Source: Octopus vulgaris
Taxonomy: Eukaryota
Length of the DNA stretch: 64,000 bases
Assembly: GCA_951406725.2 (NCBI GenBank)
Contig: OX597826.1
Location: 78,182,001-78,246,000, forward strand
Reading direction: 5' to 3'
Shown one piece after another: positions 53,396-64,000 of the stretch. The notes under the pieces were generated by a model. The model did not search any database, was not told the DNA's origin, and saw only the letters and a program-made list of their open reading frames with translations. Within the stretch, counting starts at the first letter, position 1. Every line of letters starts with the position of its first letter. The position numbers and the translations under genes were made by a program.

Positions 53396-53797
53396 TCTAT
53401 CTAATTATTCAGTTGAAAATATTAAATTTCATTTGGTCCATTTTTTCATTTGTTTTTTTCTTTGTTTTGTAATAGCTTTTGCAATGAAGAAAGGAAATGT
53501 GTGTGTGTGTCTACGTGTATGAGCATTTGTGTGTGTGTGTGTGTGTGTGTGTACGTGTGTGTCTACGTGTATGTTTATTTGTGTGTGTGTGTGGCATGCG
53601 AAGGTCTATTTATTTGTACCATAGTGAAGGCTATATATGTCTGTGTATTGTAATAAAAGGTGTCTGCTAGAGTTTGTGTTGTCCTAAAGAGCTGTAAGTG
53701 TGTGTGTGTGTGTGTACGTTTGCCCCTGTGTGTGTGTGTGTGTGTGTATTTGATATTTTGAAGGTGTGTTAATATTGTAGTGAAGGACTATAAGTAT

Positions 53798-54245
53798 TCT
53801 TTTATTCTTCCACCGGTTTCAATCGTTAGACTGCGGCCATGCTGGGGCACCGCCTTAAATAATTTCAGTCGCATGAATCGACCTTCGGCTGTTGTTTTTC
53901 TTTTAAGACTGGTAAATCATTCCATCGGTATTTTTCACCGAAACGCTGAGTTACAAGGACCTAAACATGCAACTCCGGTTGTCAAGCGGTGTAGGGTGAC
54001 AAACACAGACACTAATACATACACACAATCACTCACAAACACACACTCTCACATACACACATACACACACACACTCACACACGCACACATATGACGGGGT
54101 TTCTTTCAGTTTCCATCAACCAAATCGACTCAAAATTTCTTTGGTTGGCCCAAGACAATTTCTCAAGGTGTCACATAGTGGGACTGAACCTTGGACCATG
54201 CGGTTGGGAAGCAAGTTTCTTAACCACACGGCCACGCCTGCGCCT
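53798..54245 (-). mobile_element. Family B SINE, diverged
   Basis: GACTGCGGCCATGCTGGGGCACC...GGGACTGAACC...CCACGCCTGCGCCT. Confidence 0.82.
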
Positions 54246-54723
54246 AAATAAACAACAGGAAATGATTGTGTGTGACGTGGCGATGCTTTCGAGATTCGAA
54301 GAACGTAGCCAAGGTTTATATGTAAGAGGGTGTGTGTGTGTGTATGTGTGTGTGTGTGTGTGTGTGTATAGTAGTGAGGATCTGTATTCTTATGTGAAAA
54401 TGCTGTAGTGTAAGTGTGTATGTGTGTAAGTATATGTATGGTAGTGACTGTTTCTATGTGTGTATGCGAGTATTATAACGAATGTCGGTTCGTCTGTATA
54501 ACCGTTTGAGTGTGTGGATGTCTTTATATTCAGATAATTTGTTATATATGTGTGTGTGTGTATGTGTGTGTATGTGTGTGTGTAATATTTTCTTTATGTG
54601 TGCGTGTGTGTGTTATGGCGAAGGTTCCTTATGACCGTGTTTATAATTCATGTTTGTACAAATGTGTAATTTCAAGAGCAAGCATGAGTATAAATGTTTA
54701 TGGATGTGTGTGGATGTGTGTAT

Positions 54724-54776
<53 letters not shown>

Positions 54777-55291
54777 TATGTGTGTGTATGTGTGTGTGTG
54801 TGTGTGTATGTGTTTGAACTTCTTACAGTGCGTGTTGTGGGCGATTTTAGTGTCTGTGTGCGTGAATTTGTAAGTGTGTATAAATGTGTGTATATATATG
54901 TGTAATTTTCAAAGGGTGTATATGGTCGTGTAACTCTAAGTGTGTAGGTGATTGTTTGTTGCGGGTAGTATAAAACTTTGTGTGGAATTTTTTCACATTT
55001 TTTTCCACATTAATTCCATATAAAAGAGGAAAAAATAAAAAACAATTTTTTTTTCTAATTCTCTGAAAATAATTCCAACCGGCGACGACGTTTCATTTTA
55101 AATATGTTTTTATTTAGTTTTATTTTATTTCAAATATTTTTTTTTATTTTAATTTATACCTGTTTTGTTCTGTTTGTAAGATGTCCAGCAAAAATCAAAT
55201 CGAAAATAGAAGTGAAGACAAATATAATAATGGAAATTAGAGAAAAATAATCGAGAAGGAAAAACAGAGAGGGTGAAGGGGAAGGGTGGGA

Positions 55292-55361
55292 GAAGAAGAA
55301 GAAGAAGAAGAAGAAGAAGAAGAAGAAGAAGAAGAAGAAGAAGAAGAAGAAGAAGAAGAAG
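55292..55361. repeat. (GAA)n microsatellite
   Basis: Perfect GAA run followed by a purine-rich GA tract. Confidence 0.95.
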
Positions 55362-55711
55362 AGAAGGAAACGATCAGGGAATAGTGAGAGTGTAAGAGAT
55401 CAGGCAGACGGAGTGAGAAAGGGGAGAAATAGAGAGAGAAAACGAGGGAGAGAACGAGAGAGCGAGGGAGAGAAAGGAGAGAGAGGGAGAGAAAGGAGAG
55501 AGCAAGAGGACGGATTTAAAGAAGGCGGGATAAAGCAGCCATCAGAGAGAAGAGAGATTCTGAGATAGGAGAGAAATGCGTTGTTAAAGGTCGAAGTCGG
55601 GGGATGAAAGAGATGAAAAAAAAATAATAATAATAAAATATATAAAAAATAAAGATAAAAGATAACTAAAAATACATCACAAGGAAATTACATACAGTTA
55701 TATATACATAT

Positions 55712-55754
<43 letters not shown>

Positions 55755-56344
55755 AACATGCATGCGTACACAGTCACATAGCTACACACAAACGTAGATT
55801 GGTACATGGGTACCTGTGTAGGTACATATATGCATACATACTGATACACATACATACGCACAAACATGCGCACACGCGCACACACACGCACACACACATA
55901 CACACACACACACACACACATATGTACCATTACACACACTGAAAGAATAAGACTAAATCACAGACCTGAATATTCAACACTTCCTAGGAAACATAAACAC
56001 AGATACTATAACACCTACCTGGTCCCATACAACCATAATCACACACATATATATATACACACATATATACACACATAGTCCATACGTCCATACATACGTA
56101 CATGCGTACATATATATGGATACGAGTGTGTGCATTGAGAATTATATACATATATATGTGTGTATATATATGTGTATATATATATGTATATATATATGTA
56201 TATATATATGTATAGACACATAGCTACACACCTACTGACTCATATAAACGCACACACACGAAGAGAAAAACATACACACGCACGATTTACACGTGTACAT
56301 ACATACATAATTACAAACTACCAATTATACACTGAAATATATAA

Positions 56345-56400
<56 letters not shown>

Positions 56401-56561
56401 TCATTAATTGTAAAAATCAAAGCAAATACCCTTCGTATATATATGCCGGTGTGTGTGCGCAATTTTACATACATATATACACAAATATGCATGCGCATAT
56501 GCATCCATACATACACATATATAAACATACATATATATATATAAACACATACATATGTATA

Positions 56562-56604
<43 letters not shown>

Positions 56605-56633
56605 GTGTATTTATAGACATGTATATGAGTATA

Positions 56634-56725
<92 letters not shown>

Positions 56726-57195
56726 CATACATACAGATTTATATATACACACATATGTATGTATATACGTGAGTGTGTGTATGTTGTGTGTGTGGGTGTG
56801 TGTGTGTGCATATACTGAAAATTGTAATTAAAAAGAAAATTATTTGAATTGATTTCATTTTAAAATTGGTTTTGTTTTAAACATTTCTAGTAAGATGTCA
56901 GAATATTCATTTCATAAATTATAATATTGCTACATCTAATTGGAGAAATGTTCTCCCCATGACAACTCTACATATCTTTTAAATCCTCGTTTGTCATGGA
57001 CGAAATATTTATGAGAAAATTATTCTTGCATTGAGCGGAAATAAAATAACACACACAACACACACAACACACATATCCTATGTATTCGCAATCACACACA
57101 CACATATAGATACACACAAACACATTCACACAACCAAACATTCGTAGTTGCTCAGGCAGGAACAAACACAGACAAACTCTCGCATCTCTCTTTCA

Positions 57196-57233
<38 letters not shown>

Positions 57234-57351
57234 TGCAGTTTCTCTGTGTCTCTCTCTTCCCCTCTTCTATATGTATGTATGTGAGTGTATTTATATATGC
57301 GTATATACATATAATGTGCATATATATATATGAATATTCTTATATACGTGA

Positions 57352-57396
<45 letters not shown>

Positions 57397-57472
57397 TATA
57401 TATAAAAAACATATGTATATGCATGTATATATATATATATATATATACATATATATGTATGTATGTATATGC

Positions 57473-57504
<32 letters not shown>

Positions 57505-57524
57505 ATACACTCACATATATAGGC

Positions 57525-57556
<32 letters not shown>

Positions 57557-57657
57557 GTAATAAACAGTTTATTGATATCAAAAAACAAATGGTAACCTAG
57601 AATTTGGGGTTAATCTTTGTCTCACTTTTACACAGACATACATCCACCACATATCTT

Positions 57658-57726
<69 letters not shown>

Positions 57727-58317
57727 CTCTCTCTCTCTCTCTCCTCTCTGATCTCTGGTTTGATTTTATTTTACAGCCATTGAATATCCAAGTGTGACAA
57801 CTTTGATAGCAATAATATAATGAGTGTCTGTTAGATATCCCCTGTGAAATCGGTTGATAGCAATATTATGAGTGGCTATAAAAGATATAGTGAGAAAAAC
57901 GCAGTTTTTCTTTTATTATTACCACTGTCGCGTCACTGAAAACCGGCTTTATGGATTCTGCTAAGCCACTTTCTTAATTATATTTATTTATTTAGTTAGT
58001 TTTGCAACAACAACAACAATAACAACATCAGCAGCAGCACAAACAACAACAACAACACCAATAATAATAGTAATAGCAATCTCTGTTAATTTTGTAGCAT
58101 AACTTCATTTAAGTACGATGAAGACAAAGTGAAACTCAGATTGTCAGTAAACTAACTGGTGATGGTCTTTAATATTAGTCATTAAGTCAGTTCACTAAGT
58201 TCAATTACAGTAATTCTTTTCTCTTCAACACAGTTAAACGTTTCATTAACCTCGTACACAAAACTGTCTTACCATTAAGCTATTTGGGATAAAAATAAAG
58301 TTTTTGCTGTCGAACGA

Positions 58318-58805
58318 AGGCGGCGAACTGGCGGAATCCTTAGGAGGCCGGACAAAATGTGGAGAAACCTGTCTTCTGGCTCTATGAGTTCAAATTCGGC
58401 TGAGGTCGACTTTCCTTTTCATCCTTTCGGAAAGACAGACGAAATAACGTCAAGCATTTCGTCCGGCGCGCTAATGTTTCTGCCCGCTCACCGCCTTCAT
58501 TAAAATAAATATTCTTTTCTACTCTAGGCACAAGGCCCGAAATTTTGGTGGAGGGGGACCAGTCGATAAGATCGACCCCAGTACGCAACTGGTACTTAAT
58601 TTATGGAACCCGAAAGGATGAAAGGCAAAGTCGACCTCGGCAGAATTTGAACGCAGAACGTAAAGACAGACGAAATACCTATTTTTTTACTGCCCACAAA
58701 CGGGCTACACACAGAGGGGACAAACAAGGACAGGCAAACGGATTAAGTCGATAACATCGACCACAGTGCGTAACTGGTACTTATTTAATCGACCCCAAAA
58801 GGATC
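58318..58805. mobile_element. Family A SINE cluster including a minus-strand tail-to-body multimer junction
   Basis: + piece 58318-58429, - head 58430-58497, - units 58510-58680 and 58681-58805. Confidence 0.82.
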
Positions 58806-58876
58806 GAACTGTCAAACTTTTGCTCGTAAAAATTAACTTTTGTACTCAAATGCATTAAGTGTTCGATCTGCAGATA

Positions 58877-58935
<59 letters not shown>

Positions 58936-59704
58936 CTCTTGCTATATATGTGGGTATGCATGTGTGCGTGCGTGCCTGTGCGTGTAAAAGGACATCTGAA
59001 CTGTTTCTGTCAACCACATTTCACTTCGCAATTTACTCTCGAAACCGAGTTTATGAGAACTGACATTTCATCTTGAGATTGTTGCTCGATAGAATCGAAC
59101 CTTGAACCACGAAATTACGATAGAACTTCTTAGCCACACAATATTAAAGAGTGTGGTTGGTGTGTGGATAATGGTGTATTGTGTGAGTACTGAGAGGTGT
59201 CGGGTGCTAGTGTGTATGGAGTGGGAAGGTGTGTGCGGGGTTGTGGGAATCTGTGGGTTTGGTGTTGGGTGAAAAGCGGTGGCAAATTGAGACCATAAGG
59301 AGCAAAGGAATGAAGGAATATATATACATCCCCACACCCCAGCCTCACATCCAACTCCTACATACCCCACCCTTACCCCCACATCCTCCCCTAAACCCTC
59401 ACGCCACACTCACATCCCCACATTCCTCCCTTGCAACCCTATAGCCCAACACCGCCACGCCACACCACACACCACCATACCACATCACATCATACCACAT
59501 CACGCCATCATCCACACCACACATTACAGATGCACACCCTTACACACGCACACATCTACGCGTCAAACTCACCAGCCCCTGTCCACACGCACATTTACAA
59601 ACTTTCACATACACACGCACGCGCACCTTCGTTTTGGGATCACCAATACTTTATTATCTCTCCTTCTACCTAGCTCTCCTGTCTAACCACCTCTGCCCAG
59701 CCAG

Positions 59705-60031
<327 letters not shown>

Positions 60032-60269
60032 AATAAATATAGGGATGGTATTATTATAATACCATCACTAGTGGTAAGCGAATTATTAGCCGTACAGGCA
60101 AATTAATAAAATATATACATACAATATTAGATATGTACATATATACGCAAGGGTACTACATGAGTACCTATATCGCTAATGACAGAAGTCGAAAAATACT
60201 TCTGTACCACCGAAAAGTCATAAATCTATTACAGAAAAGATAGGAAAAATATGTATATATATATCTATA

Positions 60270-60373
<104 letters not shown>

Positions 60374-60377
60374 TTTG

Positions 60378-60410
<33 letters not shown>

Positions 60411-60750
60411 TTACAGTGAAAGTGCGTGGTGAAATGGATTGGGTATTACACCAATGATCGTGTGTTCGCTCGATTCTCAGACGCGTTGTGTTCTTGAACC
60501 AAACGCTTTATATCACGTGCTTCTGTCCACTCACCTGTAAATGGTTAAACTGACCAAGGGTAATAACGGTCTGCTCGCCCACCGAAATGGCATGATCCAA
60601 ATGCTAAAGACGGTGCAAAGCAAACTTCTCAGTAGTCCAGAGTAAGTATATTCTCTTTCTCGCTGATCGTCAGTTTTATGCTAACATCTGATTCCCACAA
60701 CTGTACGGTTGACTTCCACAACAGTATACAGTTTCTCTATATGTATGTAC

Positions 60751-60781
<31 letters not shown>

Positions 60782-61300
60782 TTTATGTGTGTGTGGGGGG
60801 GGTGCTTCTTGAAAGTTATGAAAGTTCTCTTGGTATAAACCGCAGGACATGTTTTCGCTTTATTTTGACGTCATCAGTGATCACAGCAATTGAACGAGCA
60901 CTTAGCGAACAGAAAAATGAAATTATTTCGCGAAAATAAATAATATTATTTGCTTAATATTGGTTTTTAAGCATTTTCCCGGCAGCTCCGGATATGTATC
61001 TGCGTCTATTTTGACGCCTGCAGCAACGCGAAATGACAGGGGGCGAATCGCTGAGGAATTACATGAAAATTTAGATTAACTGGCGAGGAAAACTGGAATT
61101 GTTTTTGAAATTAAATAATTCTGAGAAGCCATCCATATAATGAAGTGATAGCATGTGGAAGAAGTAAGTATTTTTAATGCACTGTGCCGACTGGCTGATC
61201 GGTTGAGCCGTTCGTTTTACAATCACGGGATCCCGGGTTCAACCCCACTGCGTTACATCTTAGGTAAATATCTTTTTTTTTTTACATTCTCGAGCAGAAA

Positions 61301-61538
61301 GGCGAGGAATTGGTCGGATCGTTTTACACGCCGGACAATAATGCTCAGCGTTGTCTCTTCCGGCTTTACGTTCTGCATTCAAACGGCGTGTCGAGATCGA
61401 CTTTGCTTTTCAACCTGTCTGAGTCGTTAAAATAAGTACCAGTTGAATACTGAGGCCGATGTAATCAACTAGCCCCACCCCCACCCCAAATCGTTTCAAA
61501 TTTCAGGCCTTGTGCTGCCTTCTTTATTCTAGGATCAT
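61301..61538 (+). mobile_element. Family A SINE flanked by a direct repeat
   Basis: ATTCTCGAGCAGAAAGGC at 61286-61303 and 61539-61556. Confidence 0.75.
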
Positions 61539-62351
61539 ATTCTCGAGCAGAAAGGCAGACAACAGGCAGAACTGTTAAGACTCCGGGTTAAATGATTAAC
61601 GCCGTTTACAGTTTGAAGTAACGTGAAATTAAGCGTTTCGCTCAAGAACACGGCGCACAATTCGGTACTGTGGGGAAATAAAACACTAGACACTCCAAAA
61701 GTGACAATCACAACAGAGTTCTCTAGTCTCCTATGTGATTTTGCCTTTCGATTCGCGCAAATTCGGTTCCTGGTTATCGACTGCGTGTATAACAGCTTCC
61801 ATTTCATAAACACAAAACACTCAAGGCATTCAACACCAAGTGGTTAGATTTCTTAACCAGGGACGGCGGATGGTCGCCTATTATAAGCTAATATTCAGAA
61901 TGCATGCATTGGACACAATGGTTTTAATGACCAACTATAAAATATGCTGCGTGTGATTTACCGATATAACAATCAGCAACTATGAAATAATGAAATATCA
62001 AGTGTTAAAATATTTATAGCTGAAATTACAATAAAACTTGATAGTTTGATAGCAATAACGTCATAAATTACTGCAAGATATCTAGTGTAGGAGGCGGAGT
62101 ATGTTTAATCGACTAACGACAAACCGCTTTCCCTAATACGGCCGTCCTTGTGACTAAATATTATATATTAGCAGAATGGCAGCAGAATAGTGAATTATAC
62201 GACTTGTGCTGTTTGGTCGGATCATTCGATTCCCATAGTTCAAATCCACCGAGGTCAGCTTTGCGATCTCTTTTCCGAGATCGATTTAATCGATTATACT
62301 CCTCTTCTCAAGCATTTTGCCAATGTAAGAAACCTTTATTTCACTCAGCAG

Positions 62352-62610
62352 AGGCGGCGACATGGCAGAAAGGTTAGCACACCGGGCGAAATGCTTAGCG
62401 GTACTTCGTCCGCCGCTGCGTTCTGAGTTCAAATTCCGCCGAGGTCGACTTTGCCTTTCATCCTTTTGGAGTCGATTAAATAAGTACCCGTTACGCACTG
62501 GGGTCGATAAAATCGACGAAATAAGCAGCAGCTGAGCGCTGGGGTCGGTGTAGTCGCCTTCCACCCTCACCAAAATTTCAAGCCTTGTGCCAATAGTAGA
62601 AAGGATTATT
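62352..62610 (+). mobile_element. Family A SINE, alternative tail
   Basis: Full head and core; tail AAATTTCAAGCCTTGTGCCAATAGTAGAAAGG. Confidence 0.85.
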
Positions 62611-63263
62611 TAACTCAGGAGAATCGTTTAGCGATTATTCAGGGATGCAAATCTAACTCCCATAAATCTTTATTTCTCTAGGGTCTCTCAAAGTGTTGGC
62701 ATGGAAGGAAGAATTTCTCCTCCAGCTGGAGCCCCAGCCACAATGGTTGCAACAGAGTGAATTCGACTAAAGGCACCCAAATACCATTGAGTTGTGCTTA
62801 AACGAGCGATATATCAAAACTTCTACGCAGGAACTCAGAATCGTGTCGGGAAAATTCGCAGAAAATATTTTTATTCTGGGAAAATTTTTAAAAGGGAATT
62901 TCATCAAACAGGAGGCCCACAAGTAGACTATAAACTAGATAACTCATTTTAAAGAAATTACCTTCGTCCAATTGGTAGGTTAATTGAGGTTGACATTTTA
63001 AGAAAACAGACAATCTTTTTTTCTTTTTCCCCGCAATTTATTTATTTTTTGTTACGGCGAGTTTTCCTATAACGACTCAGAGCACCAAGAACCAAAGCAA
63101 ACAGCACGTGACATCTCAGCCGACGCTCGGCTTGTTGTGCCAATCCTCTCTCCTGGATTGGTATTTTATTTAAATGACTCCGAAAAGATAAAAGACAAAG
63201 TTGACCATCGCAGAATTTGATTTCAAAACAAGGAGTGAAAGTCGTTTTTCTCATTTCTTGTTT

Positions 63264-63309
<46 letters not shown>

Positions 63310-63544
63310 ACGTCTTTATCTAACTTCGTTGCTTTACTGCAATAATGTCGAGCAGAAGCCATTGTAATATTTACTCACAACTCTCCCGACTGAGTTTTAC
63401 CCTCGACAAACTCAGCTTCACTTTGTCATCATTTTGGGATTCATAAAGTAAGAATCAGTCAGGTACGGGATCGAATTCATCGATTGTCCATTGTCACTAA
63501 AATGTATGACATTGTGTGTATATTAAAAAAAAAAACAATATATA

Positions 63545-63840
63545 TTTTTTTCTACAATCGGAACAAGGTTGAATTTTGAGGGAAGGGTGTTAGCCGATTA
63601 CATTGACCCCAGTGCTCAACCCCACAAAAAATGAAAAATAAAGTCGATCCCGGCAGAATTTGAACTGAGAAAGCAAAGACGGCTGAAACGCCGCTAAGCA
63701 TTTTGTCCGGCATGCTAACGATTCTGCCAGAACGCCGCCTTCGTTTGCAGCCAATATTATAATTAGATAAAATGGCGACCAGCTTCTACAACCGCCATCA
63801 TGCTGCACAAAATACTTAGCGGTATTTCGTCGGTCTATAT
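63545..63840. mobile_element. Family A SINE (minus) plus a degenerate head (plus)
   Basis: GCAGAATTTGAACTGAGAA...GCTAACGATTCTGCCAG...GCCGCCT. Confidence 0.7.
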
Positions 63841-64000
63841 AATTTCAAAGAATGTATCGGTTACATCCAAAACTCTGATGATTCCAATGCAATCTTCTTG
63901 CCACCAGATGAAACATCTTATAAGTAATATTTGAAATATACAACACCACACTCTGTCTTCACACACATTGAGTACTTTTCCTTTTCATTTGCCGACGTAT

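Overview
AT-rich, microsatellite-saturated eukaryotic DNA, intergenic or deep intronic. The tRNA-derived SINE families and dense (TA)n/(CA)n/(GAT)n/(ATT)n tracts resemble octopus or other coleoid cephalopod DNA; this is inferred from repeat content and was not database-checked. No intact host gene, rRNA, true tRNA or CRISPR array is supported, and almost all listed ORFs are microsatellite artefacts. The window is largely transposon remnants: three to four SINE families (including a five-unit tandem array), Penelope-like element (PLE) fragments (GIY-YIG, RT, terminal repeats), RTE, Tx1/L1-like and R4/Dong LINE fragments, mariner and Tigger remnants, piggyBac, hAT and Tc1-mariner MITEs, and a non-autonomous Helitron-like element. 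The most interesting signal is a set of minimal type I hammerhead-ribozyme-like motifs in PLE termini. One family carries a non-canonical core (CUGU-N-GA) in three copies, and another sits in a palindrome with one motif on each strand. Several long inverted repeats could also form dsRNA. Coordinates were read by eye and boundaries are approximate.
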